Virus record (IMG/VR): IMGVR_UViG_3300047450_000085 | Location: 1-30,386 of that record | Reading direction: 5' to 3' (one strand) | DNA: 30,386 bases | DNA from: a virus | Lineage: Duplodnaviria; Caudoviricetes | Translations under genes and position numbers: made by a program | Notes under the pieces: generated by a model | Told to the model about the DNA's origin: nothing | Seen by the model: the letters and a program-made list of their open reading frames with translations, nothing else | The model's database searches: none | In this document: positions 16,401 through 24,965 of the stretch, one piece after another | Position numbering within the stretch: the stretch's first letter is position 1 | Layout of the letters: the number at the start of each line of letters is the position of its first letter

Positions 16401-19400
16401 CACCTGCTGCTAGTCCGGCTCGAACAGTATATGCTGGATTAAGAACAATACTTGCCGGTAAGCCAGCGCCTGCATGTGATGTATTAATATCGTGTCCAAC
16501 AGGTAGAATGTCGACAATACCATATAAGTTATTAGGATTAATTATGTTATCAAGTGTTTGCACAATATCGTTGCCTGCGCCATCGTCACCAACGCCTCTG
16601 TAGTTAAACACATAGAACTTCGTACCTTGATATGTAAATATCGGCGCTTCAGCTGTTAGTGTATCTGCTGTCCATCCTACAGGACGGTTTGCTGCAGGTG
16701 TTCTAGCGTTGTTGTTCATTCTGTTAATGTCTTTAGCATCCGTTGGCGCTTCAATTGCCAACACTACGTCATCTACAGAATTACCTTTTGTAGTACCACC
16801 TGTAAGAGGTTGATTATCTAACCCAGTTACGTTACCGATTGGTTCAGCTGCATAACTGTTATTAACTTGTAATCTAATGTAATCAAATACAGTATCAATA
16901 CCTGCTGCTACTTCATCTGATTCAAGTTCGTCACCTACACTGTTTGAATTCTGGAAACTAATTGATCTATAAACTTGATCTTTGTTTTCATCAAACACAA
17001 TAGCTGTACTAGGACGAATTGTTAAAGTTTGAATATTAGTTAAGTCATCAAGAACATGAATACTGTTTCGTCTATATTCAATGAATGTATCTAACGGAAC
17101 AGCTTCTGCAAGGCCTTCGGAACTAAATCCGCCGTCATTGCCGCTTGATAAATTTAATTTGTAGATATAGTTGTTATATATCGGTGTTAAATCATCCCCA
17201 GCAAAAGCACCTGATATAGTAACTCCTGTAATAGATCCTATCCCACCAGCCGCACCGGCATCAATTTCAGATACTGTAATAGTTGCATCGTTAAGAGGTG
17301 TAGCACCACCTAATTTTGTACCTACAATAGTAAACGTTTCGCCTACAGCATAACCTGTACCTGCTGTTGTTATAATAGCTTCGTAACCATTTGTTACGTT
17401 CTTCAATATAGTAAACATAGCATTTGTACCAGAAGCTGTGCCGCCGTCTGTTTGTGTTTGTACATTTGGTGTAGCAGCTTGTCCTACAAGTGGTGTTGAA
17501 TTTATAACATGTGTTGTTATTCTTTCAACACTGTTTACACTATATCTTTCCATTCTATTTAGATTAGTATGATATAAATCAAACTCTGCTCTAGAATCAG
17601 GTGCTGTTTTAAAGTCATATGTATAAATGCTAAGTGATTCTTCTCTATTGTTATATCCAACACTATCTATGTCAGCCGGAGTACCAATCGGAGTACCAGC
17701 AACTGTAACTGCATCAGCTGTAGTAAATACTCCTGTTACATTTGTTAGATAGACAAATAAGCCATTTGTACTGATTGCAACCTCAGCTGTCACACCCGGA
17801 GTTGCACTTGTTACAGCATCTCCTGCTGTTACACTTACACCCGTTGGCATATGAAGAATCAATTCTGCTGTAAATACCTTAGCAGGATCAACCATATCTT
17901 GAACAAGCGAAACTCTATCAGGAACTTCGTTAGGATCAGCGCCTTCAGCAATTAGTCCATACTCACCGTAACAACTTGATCCTGTGATTGATCTAATCTC
18001 AGAACCATTTTTACTATAGTAAGAAGTCCAGCAATAGTATGTAAACATACTAACCATTTCTGATAAGGCTCCGTTTACACAAACAAGTCCGTAACCTAAG
18101 TCATTAATTTGCGTAAAGTCATTACCTAACATACTTCTGTTACCAGCTGTCTGCATTGTAATATCGATTGGGGTAGCTAGAGTAGCATTGTCTAGATCAA
18201 TACCGTTAATGGCACTGGTTATTCCGCTAAAGCCTATACCACCGTTAGAACTAGGATCTAATATAATTACAGCAGTACCTAATGATTGGTCATATGCTGT
18301 AATAGCATTGATTTGGAAACGTCTACCTTGTATATAAAATGCACTTGGTGTTTGTGGACGTCTAATAAACAGCCCTTGTCCAGGTAAACTCTTAATATCT
18401 AATCTAAATGCATCACCTGAAATTTTACCTGTAACCTGTACAGCCATATTACCAGCAAATGCATCAACAAACAATCCACCTCTAAATGCTTGTTTGTTAA
18501 GAGAAGCACTAAAGCTTGATCCAGTTTGTATATAAGGAGAACGTGTAAGTACTTGTCCTTCAGGATCTAGTACACCCATAAATCCACCGTGTTCTTTAAC
18601 TGTGATGTTACGTAGAATTGTACCATCATTCATTAAGAATACATCCATGTCTTTGTTGTTCTTAGCTGGATTATATGCAGCATCAAACGCAAATTTTATA
18701 GAGTCAATTATGTTTTGTATAACAGTAAACGGTGTTTCAACTTGTGTCCAATATTGATTCTTTTCAGTAGCATCAAACGCAGGACCACTTCTATGCGAAG
18801 TGTTTGCACTATACCAATTAAAGTTCCCGCCTTCGTAAAATCTAATTACTTCGTAGGCTTCGTATTTTACATCTGTTTCCCATAAGTCAGGAGTAATATC
18901 TCCGTAGAATACATCAGCATTTTGATAAATCCTTGCACTGTCATATAATTCTGCTGGATTTTGTCCAATCCATATATTGTCAAACATTGTAGGAATATGA
19001 TCCAATGCGTTGGAAATTTCAGTTTCTATACCTGCATAAGTTGTAGAACTTTCAAATAGTAAACCTTGTGCTTCTAGTGTAAATTCTAATCCACCTCTTA
19101 CAAGATCTCGTGCAATTAAATCTACCATATTACCAATTAGAGCCTTAAAATCAGCTCTTACATAATTACCGTTTACTGCTGTAAAATGTTGATCTTGTAA
19201 ATATGCATCAACTTGTTCTTTTATAAATTCTTTATTATCTGTAAACACAGTAGCATATGTATTCCAGTTACCTATATTTGAGAAACCTGGTCCTACATTT
19301 TTAGTTGCTGCTGGATTTCTCAAATAGTGTCTACCAAAATATCCGTCAGTATTGCCAGTTAAAGGATTTACATATGCAACGCCATTGTCAACAGTAGCAA

Positions 19401-21873
19401 CATTAAACGATAACAAATCACCGCCGCCTGCGCCTAGTGCAGAATCAGGTATACTAATTGTATCTCCTACTCTCCAGTTCTTTCCAGAATCAGTAACTGT
19501 AACTGTTGCTGCGCCGCCCACTGCGACAACTACTGTAAAGACCGCATCTTCGCCATATCCTAAGGTTGTATATAAAGTAGAATCAACTGTATATGTACCA
19601 GGAGTTCTATTAGCATCTGCACCATCATTAACAAATGTACCTATAGTACCTATGTTAGATATACCTACAACTAATCCATCAAATTCATTATCTCTATAAT
19701 AGAATAACTCTGCAAGTGGTGATTGTGATACTCTATCTCTAGGACGTATAATACTTCTTCTAAATTCATTACCTACAATAGATACATTCGGCGGAACTCT
19801 TATCGGATAGTCTTCGTCATAAATCCCTGATTCAATTATAATTGATATTTGCTTCTCTTGTACTTGGTTACCGTACTCTAATTCTTCATCAGGTAAAAAG
19901 TCAATCGGTTCATATAATTCAACTAATGCAAAATCAAACGGATCACTGTTTCCAGCATCTTCTTCTCTTACATAATCAATAATACGTCCTAGAGCACCAC
20001 TTGTTTTACCTCTAATAAGTTTACCTGGAATGATATCTGTATTAGTAGGATCTGCCTGATCAACTCTTGACGATGTACCTTGATCAATATTAATTTTATA
20101 ATCTGTAGAACCATCGATGATTATAGGAGCAGCAAATACACCATTTTGTACAATATCAAGTATAACATCAAATTTATCAGCAATCGCAGCTACAGCAAGG
20201 TTATCAGGCTCGTAGTTTGTGTCTATAACTTGGTCGACACGACTTTGTGTCGGAAGCGGAACTGCTGTATTATTAATAATATATTGTGTAACAATTTGTT
20301 TTAGGTATTGCATTGCTGCTACAGTTTGAATCAACTGTTCGCCTACTGCTCTCTTACCACTAGTTGTGCTATAATATCTAAGTCCTGCTTGTCTTGAAAG
20401 GAAGTTAGCAGTATTACCTCTAAGAATATCTAGCCCAATACTATCTAGTATTAAACCAACGTCAAGTTCACATCTTGCTCTATCATAATTAAATGCAGGG
20501 AATTGTGCATCAGTATATGCTATAACTTCTTTTTGTAAAAATAATTTATTCTTTTCTAGTAACACTCTTGCATCGGCTCTATCTGCCACTGGTGCTTGCA
20601 TGCCTGAGTTTAAAACAGTTGCAGCAGTTTCAAAATTATTATATGTAAGAGTTTGCATATACGGACCAGGCTCTCTAGGAGCAGCGATCATAATTTCTTC
20701 AGCTTTTCTACATGCTGCATTCACAGATCTAAAGGCTAGTTGTAAACTAGATCCTTCCTTGCCGTTTGGTGTGTTTTTCTGTAAATCGTCGCCTTGCTCG
20801 CTAACATAAAGATTAACTTGGCTTTCGCCTGATAGTTGATCTACATATAATTTTGTTGCGGCTTGTAAGTCATCTTGTCCGTTAGGAATACCTACACCTT
20901 TAAATGATCCAGGATGATCAGAAAGGAATAATGCTCCGTCCATCGAATCACCTTGTCTACGTACTGCTGCCTTTCTTGGAATAGCAACACTCTTTAACCA
21001 GTTACCTGGTAAGGTTGCATCATAGTCTTGGTCTACAAGAGTTAATGTGCCAGTGCCTGTAGTAAGAATATATCTAGTGCTACCAGTTTGTGCATCAAGT
21101 TGAGTAGGGTGAACTGTAAGGGTATTTTCATCTTTAATTCTAATAAAATAAACTGCGTCTTGTGCAAGGGTACCACCAGCGCCTGTTTCAGAATTTAAAA
21201 ATGTTGGCATATCACCAGTACTAGAGAATATCCAGCCTGATCCTGTATAATTATCTGCTAATCCGTGTGCTGTAACAGTTAAGTCACCACGTAAATCACC
21301 AGCACCAGTTGAAATCGAGTCAACTGTTATTGTATATTGTGAAATTGTTGTAGGTTCGTCTGCAAGTCTTAAACCACCTATAGTAAGTTTAGGTTCGTAA
21401 GTAGCATCTGCATAACGCTTATTAATCGCCAAGTCGTCAATTGTAAAGTTAGAACCATGAATACCATTAAGAAGTGTTAGTGCATCTTCCGATACCTCTA
21501 TATTTCCTATAGCAAAACCACCGCCATCTAACGGACCACCTAGTGTAGGGCTTGTGTCTAGCTCAACATCAGAACTTGCAACACTAATTACTACTTCACC
21601 ATCTTGATCAAAACTAAATGCTACTGAGCCATTACTAGTTAAGCTTCTAAGCTCTATAGCATTACCTGCTGGATTGACTACTGGAATTTTAGTTTCATTA
21701 CCTAGTAATGTGTTAGGTGTATCTGTAAGATCTACAAATCCAATTTGTCCACCAATGCCAAATACGGCATACAGTTCTTCAAAATTTTCATTTACTTTCT
21801 TAAAACTCTCACGTATACTATCACCAGTACCGTCATTACCCTCGGTACCAATATCTACCTGTTGCTTGGCCAT
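13405..21873 (-). CDS. Giant (2822 aa) tail/baseplate fibre protein with C-terminal intramolecular-chaperone (peptidase G2 IMC-like) domain
   Basis: N-terminal VDIGTEGNDGTGDSIRESFKKVNENF (gp9/gp10-like); GDVTG/NLTG fibre repeats; C-terminal YADLAENY...GTVV...GVVSTNPAYLMN...VALQGRVP...GDILVTS...IIGKSLE. Confidence 0.85.
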   Translation of the reverse strand: MAKQQVDIGTEGNDGTGDSIRESFKKVNENFEELYAVFGIGGQIGFVDLTDTPNTLLGNETKIPVVNPAGNAIELRSLTSNGSVAFSFDQDGEVVISVASSDVELDTSPTLGGPLDGGGFAIGNIEVSEDALTLLNGIHGSNFTIDDLAINKRYADATYEPKLTIGGLRLADEPTTISQYTITVDSISTGAGDLRGDLTVTAHGLADNYTGSGWIFSSTGDMPTFLNSETGAGGTLAQDAVYFIRIKDENTLTVHPTQLDAQTGSTRYILTTGTGTLTLVDQDYDATLPGNWLKSVAIPRKAAVRRQGDSMDGALFLSDHPGSFKGVGIPNGQDDLQAATKLYVDQLSGESQVNLYVSEQGDDLQKNTPNGKEGSSLQLAFRSVNAACRKAEEIMIAAPREPGPYMQTLTYNNFETAATVLNSGMQAPVADRADARVLLEKNKLFLQKEVIAYTDAQFPAFNYDRARCELDVGLILDSIGLDILRGNTANFLSRQAGLRYYSTTSGKRAVGEQLIQTVAAMQYLKQIVTQYIINNTAVPLPTQSRVDQVIDTNYEPDNLAVAAIADKFDVILDIVQNGVFAAPIIIDGSTDYKINIDQGTSSRVDQADPTNTDIIPGKLIRGKTSGALGRIIDYVREEDAGNSDPFDFALVELYEPIDFLPDEELEYGNQVQEKQISIIIESGIYDEDYPIRVPPNVSIVGNEFRRSIIRPRDRVSQSPLAELFYYRDNEFDGLVVGISNIGTIGTFVNDGADANRTPGTYTVDSTLYTTLGYGEDAVFTVVVAVGGAATVTVTDSGKNWRVGDTISIPDSALGAGGGDLLSFNVATVDNGVAYVNPLTGNTDGYFGRHYLRNPAATKNVGPGFSNIGNWNTYATVFTDNKEFIKEQVDAYLQDQHFTAVNGNYVRADFKALIGNMVDLIARDLVRGGLEFTLEAQGLLFESSTTYAGIETEISNALDHIPTMFDNIWIGQNPAELYDSARIYQNADVFYGDITPDLWETDVKYEAYEVIRFYEGGNFNWYSANTSHRSGPAFDATEKNQYWTQVETPFTVIQNIIDSIKFAFDAAYNPAKNNKDMDVFLMNDGTILRNITVKEHGGFMGVLDPEGQVLTRSPYIQTGSSFSASLNKQAFRGGLFVDAFAGNMAVQVTGKISGDAFRLDIKSLPGQGLFIRRPQTPSAFYIQGRRFQINAITAYDQSLGTAVIILDPSSNGGIGFSGITSAINGIDLDNATLATPIDITMQTAGNRSMLGNDFTQINDLGYGLVCVNGALSEMVSMFTYYCWTSYYSKNGSEIRSITGSSCYGEYGLIAEGADPNEVPDRVSLVQDMVDPAKVFTAELILHMPTGVSVTAGDAVTSATPGVTAEVAISTNGLFVYLTNVTGVFTTADAVTVAGTPIGTPADIDSVGYNNREESLSIYTYDFKTAPDSRAEFDLYHTNLNRMERYSVNSVERITTHVINSTPLVGQAATPNVQTQTDGGTASGTNAMFTILKNVTNGYEAIITTAGTGYAVGETFTIVGTKLGGATPLNDATITVSEIDAGAAGGIGSITGVTISGAFAGDDLTPIYNNYIYKLNLSSGNDGGFSSEGLAEAVPLDTFIEYRRNSIHVLDDLTNIQTLTIRPSTAIVFDENKDQVYRSISFQNSNSVGDELESDEVAAGIDTVFDYIRLQVNNSYAAEPIGNVTGLDNQPLTGGTTKGNSVDDVVLAIEAPTDAKDINRMNNNARTPAANRPVGWTADTLTAEAPIFTYQGTKFYVFNYRGVGDDGAGNDIVQTLDNIINPNNLYGIVDILPVGHDINTSHAGAGLPASIVLNPAYTVRAGLAAGALGDVTVNISTCRATGHDFLDVGTGSYNTSNYPNVIFGAPRDPDQANEVIERGKGRVFYVSTDQNGMFRVGRFFSVDQGTGAVSFEASIALSNVDGLGFKRGVVIAEFSTDASMADNATDSVPTESAVRGYVDRRFGVDVEGQTVPNPLGPSILLANGANQMTGDLRMNGQMVTGLTFPEADTDATRKSYVDAVAGAIDSLNDLTDTTIYDAQETQFLIASGKQKIGVKGITGGLFELGQVITGGTSGATGLVIDFATESDVKLGTVQYLTYDSTNAFEFVEDEVISVVAGPSATTINFPEYEWMNGIFDAGADVDFSATRNTSQSGGNPTGRSLTLDVQYKAGSIVNADVNASAAIAQSKLAMNAATTRANATGISQNDLGLVAFHGTQFTLTDGWAEIATASNATTGVEKANLAHIATETVLGRSTAATGAVEEVSFNTVVDTGGGVLHTDIPDADTGAVIRTGNETYDITGITTSAANDSIVKTTANGSVHVKKLIVGTNNTQIIFDTDNTDITFKTPGQGTILTARGAAGAEVARITADFDMIGDGSAGQDFVLESSLKTNSTYGTEKALASRWNYMSFIEAPDEKNAYSTGISIGAGTGKTAAGQVGVVVSNQSGGRSDVPAIFSSYGQEPDADASTASAGYNIGSTSFKYNTMHARNFVADVNFVGNLTGDVMGDVYAITSDGLATTKIVETGTYTGTTHNGDATFAGTADKADNANNVEIDVVNDNIDYQITFVDAASTPNDPSYSRIKIDDDNTHLTYNPDSGNLTTTKVTANLTGDVEGNVTGDLTGNVTGNVSGNVLASNGTEVIDTGTDGTATELKVDIRTKEIVPEGGGTSTATYNIGASTNTYNTGYIDFVQGIANEAYYADLAENYTADTHYEPGTVVIFGGEKELTLTTRNSDHRVAGVVSTNPAYLMNSHCESEFVAAVALQGRVPCNVIGKVEKGDILVTSDIPGFAVVNNDANAGRIIGKSLENKTNESEGIIEIVVGKH

Positions 21874-21892
21874 AATGTGCCCCCTTTATATT

Positions 21893-22252
21893 TTACAGTT
21901 GCGGTATATTCTCCAAGTCAAAATTTACACTTACTCCACAACCACATGCGGATTGAGCATTAGGATTGTTTATTTCAAAGTTAGATCCTACTAAACTAGT
22001 TACATAGTCTACTTCGGTACCTATCAAAAACATCATACTATCGACTCCAATAATAAAGCTATAATTATTTTCAGTTTTTATAACTTCGTCGTCTTCGTCC
22101 ATATCAGATGGTAATTTAACAGTTCCCCATTCGTATTCAAACCCTGCGCATCCACCGCCTTTGATGTTAAGACTTATTCCGTAACAATCATTTTCGTCAC
22201 ATAATTTTTCAATTTGTGCTTGTGCAGTTGGTGTTAGTGTACATATTGACAT
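21893..22252 (-). CDS. iscA: A-type Fe-S cluster carrier (HesB/IscA/SufA family)
   Basis: GGGCAGFEY, GTEVDY, FEINNPNA and CGCG: all three conserved Cys are present. Confidence 0.95.
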   Translation of the reverse strand: MSICTLTPTAQAQIEKLCDENDCYGISLNIKGGGCAGFEYEWGTVKLPSDMDEDDEVIKTENNYSFIIGVDSMMFLIGTEVDYVTSLVGSNFEINNPNAQSACGCGVSVNFDLENIPQL

Positions 22253-22268
22253 TGCTATTCCTCACTAT

Positions 22269-22304
22269 TATTTATGGCTATTTTTTATAATCTTAATGTA
22301 AATA
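22269..22304. promoter_or_regulatory. Back-to-back divergent late-promoter motifs
   Basis: ATAAATA on the minus strand (22275-22269) before iscA and TAAATA on the plus strand (22299-22304) before the ATG at 22310. Confidence 0.6.
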
Positions 22305-22309
22305 TACTT

Positions 22310-22597
22310 ATGTATTTAGGTAAGACACAGAAAAAAACAAAACACATTCGTAAAAGCAAAAGCGGTATAGAACACGCATATCACCGCCATAAGACGCTGA
22401 TCTTGTTACGCTGTGACAACTGTGATGCAGAATTTACTAGAGAACGAGGATCAATGGATCCTAAGCGTTTAAGTAATTCTTACTTTCACGTATGTAAGAA
22501 CTGCGATAGTAAGAAATTTGCTCAAAAGATGGGTGTTACTAAGAAGCAAGTCTGGAACATGAGTGCTAGTTCAGACTTGCCTATTAGTAAACTTTAG
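22310..22597 (+). CDS. Basic protein with two CxxC motifs (Zn-ribbon-like)
   Basis: RCDNC...HVCKNC; probable start is the ATG at 22310, right after TAAATA (near-leaderless). Confidence 0.8.
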   Translation: MYLGKTQKKTKHIRKSKSGIEHAYHRHKTLILLRCDNCDAEFTRERGSMDPKRLSNSYFHVCKNCDSKKFAQKMGVTKKQVWNMSASSDLPISKL

Positions 22598-22755
22598 TTA
22601 CGATAGATTGTATATGCACCATATGCAATAGCACCATATGCTATTAGCTTTGCAAAAGGTGAAAATATAATTATACAAGCACCTACTGCTATCATTACTG
22701 CACCGTCAATACTTGAACGCTCTTCCATTCTATCTTTCAGCCATTTCTTTATCAT
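22594..22755 (-). CDS. Small 2-TM membrane protein, 53 aa (MIKKWLKDRMEERSSIDGAVMIAVGACIIIFSPFAKLIAYGAIAYGAYTIYRN)
   Basis: Hand-translated; TAAGGAG RBS and TAAATA (22779-22784) upstream. Confidence 0.8.
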   Translation of the reverse strand: MIKKWLKDRMEERSSIDGAVMIAVGACIIIFSPFAKLIAYGAIAYGAYTIYRN

Positions 22756-22811
22756 TTTAAATTCTCCTTAGATAATTATATTTAATACAATTTCTCAAAG
22801 GAGTAAAGAAA

Positions 22812-23165
22812 ATGTTAACATGGTTGGGAAAACTACTAGGCATTACGCCAGCTGATGCACCAAGCGAACCAACACCGGTTCCAGCACCAGCACAAGCGCC
22901 AAAGCCTAAGGCTGAAAAGAAGCCAGCAGCTAAAAAAGCAGCACCAAAGGCGAAAGCAGCACCGAAGCCAAAAGCAGAAGCAAAGCCAAAAGCTGAAAAG
23001 AAACCAGCAGCAGCTAAAAAGCCAGCGGCTAAGAAAGCAGCAAAGAAAGATGACGGTTTAGACGCAATGAATAAACGTGATCTACTTGCAATGGCCAAAG
23101 ACAAAGGTGTAAAAGCCAACGCTAGTATGAATAAAGAAGCAGTGATTAAAGCTCTTAGGGCCTAA
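22812..23165 (+). CDS. Ala/Lys/Pro-rich histone-H1-like protein with C-terminal HeH/Rho-N-like domain
   Basis: AAGGAG RBS; PKAEKKPAA(A)KK repeats; LDAMNKRDLLAMAKDKGV...MNKEAVIKAL. Confidence 0.8.
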   Translation: MLTWLGKLLGITPADAPSEPTPVPAPAQAPKPKAEKKPAAKKAAPKAKAAPKPKAEAKPKAEKKPAAAKKPAAKKAAKKDDGLDAMNKRDLLAMAKDKGVKANASMNKEAVIKALRA

Positions 23166-23442
23166 TTCGCAACTTAATATTAGCAATTTCACTATCTTGA
23201 CGAGCAGCTTTACGTTCTAATACGTTAATAGCTGCTCGTTGTTTTTTGACTTGATTCTCTAAACTACGCACATATGCTTGTGTAGGAATTTCTTGAGTAG
23301 AACCATCTTCCGCAATAATTTTATATGAATCTGCGCCTTGTGCTCTAAGTCCACCAGTAACTCTGTTTGGATTTTTATCCGAGGATGGGCTCTCTACTGT
23401 CTTGCCCTTGCGTCCGTACATGCTGCTTAAATAATTGCTCAT
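23155..23442 (-). CDS. Hypothetical late coiled-coil protein (MSNYLSSMYGR...)
   Basis: Start moved to the ATG at 23442 (AAGGA RBS, TATAAATA upstream). Confidence 0.8.
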   Translation of the reverse strand: MSNYLSSMYGRKGKTVESPSSDKNPNRVTGGLRAQGADSYKIIAEDGSTQEIPTQAYVRSLENQVKKQRAAINVLERKAARQDSEIANIKLRIRP

Positions 23443-24466
23443 CTTGTTTTCCTTCATTGTATTTATAAAGGCCAATGCTTGCTAAGTTCTTACATTTGGA
23501 TTCTACCATAATGTCAGTGTACGGCAAAAAGCTTAATGCCCAGTCATTAACCGCAGTATTCCACATGTAATCTGAGTGTGCTCGCATCTTTGCTTTCTTG
23601 TAGCCTTGTTCTAGTAATGCTTGAAAGTCAGGCTTTGTGTCTGGACGTTGATCAACAAGACAGTCTTCACGGCTTACACTGTAATGTATCGCAGGGCGCA
23701 CACCACGCCAGCTGTCAATGATTCTTTTAAATCTATCATCTGTTGGTTCAATGTATTCGCCTGCACTGTTACACCAGTGATGATGAATATCTAGAACCAG
23801 CGCCAAATCTTTCTCCAAACACAAGGATGCATCGATTCCCCATTTGTTTTCGTCGTTTTCGATAGTGATACAGTTACGGGCTTCGGGGGTGAGTCGTTTA
23901 AGTGCGGCTTGGATACCGGCTGGACCTTTTCTACCCGAGATGTGGACGTTGCACTTGAAGTCTTGGAATTGTTTACCGTAGCCCATGTAACGTGCAACAT
24001 TGATATGATACTCGAACTCCTCAATTGACCGCTCTACGATTTCTTCACTATCCGAAGCAAGGACTGTAAATTGGCCTGGGTGCATGGAGAGTCGAACATC
24101 GAGTCTTCTTGCTTCGTCACCAACTTTTGCGAATTCTCTTTCGCAGTATGCCACCACATCAGGGCGCTGCCAAAAATAGCTCCAGTCACGCTGGGTATAA
24201 ACAGGAAGCACATCGCTACCCAATCGGACCATACGAAGACCTGGTTCAAGAGATCCAACATACTGAATCAACCTTTTGTATGACGCAATGTTATGGACCA
24301 TGATGTCCCACAAGCGTTCTTCAGCAACAGTCTTAGTTTGACGGTTAAGCCATTGAACTGTTGTGCTTCGAGTATTTAGCGGACGTTGCAGGTCCTCTAA
24401 AATTTGTTTCTTAGCACGTTGATTAGGATGCATGTATTTGCAAGCAAAGCCGATACGTTCAATCAT
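23375..24466 (-). CDS. uvsE: UV-damage endonuclease (UVDE/UvsE)
   Basis: RIGFAC, RLGSDVLP, RLSMHPGQFTVLAS, IENDE, LVLDIHHH, HYS, AHSD and DIMVESK. Confidence 0.93.
   Translation of the reverse strand: MIERIGFACKYMHPNQRAKKQILEDLQRPLNTRSTTVQWLNRQTKTVAEERLWDIMVHNIASYKRLIQYVGSLEPGLRMVRLGSDVLPVYTQRDWSYFWQRPDVVAYCEREFAKVGDEARRLDVRLSMHPGQFTVLASDSEEIVERSIEEFEYHINVARYMGYGKQFQDFKCNVHISGRKGPAGIQAALKRLTPEARNCITIENDENKWGIDASLCLEKDLALVLDIHHHWCNSAGEYIEPTDDRFKRIIDSWRGVRPAIHYSVSREDCLVDQRPDTKPDFQALLEQGYKKAKMRAHSDYMWNTAVNDWALSFLPYTDIMVESKCKNLASIGLYKYNEGKQDEQLFKQHVRTQGQDSREPILG
23460..23467 (-). promoter_or_regulatory. Perfect T4 late promoter TATAAATA inside the uvsE 3' end
   Basis: Exact consensus 17 nt upstream of the ATG at 23442. 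Confidence 0.75.
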
Positions 24467-24629
24467 TGAATTCGTCCCATTCAATTAGTTTTACGGTGTA
24501 GTCAGCACAGTTCCAATTTGCTGCCGGACCATATTTCATTTTAGTTTTAGAAATTGCAGTTTCTGCGGAGTCTGCGTACTCGTAACCTAAAAAAGTAAGA
24601 TTAGCATATACTTGGAATGTTCTAGTCAT
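24459..24629 (-). CDS. Hypothetical protein, 56 aa (MTRTFQVYANLTFLGYEYADSAETAI...)
   Basis: Hand-translated; lies between a promoter and uvsE and overlaps the uvsE start. Confidence 0.65.
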   Translation of the reverse strand: MTRTFQVYANLTFLGYEYADSAETAISKTKMKYGPAANWNCADYTVKLIEWDEFND

Positions 24630-24686
24630 CTGTTTTTGCCTGTCCTGTCATAGTTTCTACAATTATAAAAAGCATAGTCAATACTT

Positions 24687-24715
24687 ATAATATAGCCATA
24701 ACCTTGGGATGTCAA
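24687..24715 (-). promoter_or_regulatory. Sigma70-type promoter for the uvsE unit
   Basis: Minus strand TTGACA-17 nt-TATTAT, in the context GCTATATTAT. Confidence 0.75.
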
Positions 24716-24746
24716 GTGTTTATACCACCAAATAAAATCTTTTATT

Positions 24747-24965
24747 TTATCCAACAGGCTCACTTCTATGAACTCCATTAATTATATCATCTAGGGCTAA
24801 AATTATAATTGTAGACTGCATCCTATCTGTATCATAAAACTCTAATGCTTCTTCGGCTGCTGCATCTGCTAGTTCTCGTGTGCTGTAAACACCTACAAGC
24901 TTATGCGGTGTTTCAGATTGTATGGGAATTAATTGCACAACAAATATATTCACAGTTGTATTCAT
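24747..24965 (-). CDS. Hypothetical phage protein (MNTTVNIFVV...LVGVYSTRELA)
   Basis: ATGA-coupled to the glycosyltransferase; GVYST-x-E-x-A pattern common in small phage proteins. Confidence 0.7.
   Translation of the reverse strand: MNTTVNIFVVQLIPIQSETPHKLVGVYSTRELADAAAEEALEFYDTDRMQSTIIILALDDIINGVHRSEPVG

Noticed and set aside
8925-21994. Many plus-strand ORFs of 60-150 aa inside the large structural genes
   Set aside because: Antisense shadows caused by codon bias of the minus-strand genes; no RBS or motifs.
22757-23119. 120-aa Ala/Phe/Gly-rich minus-strand ORF
   Set aside because: Reverse complement of the AKP repeat gene, which has the RBS and a recognisable C-terminal domain.
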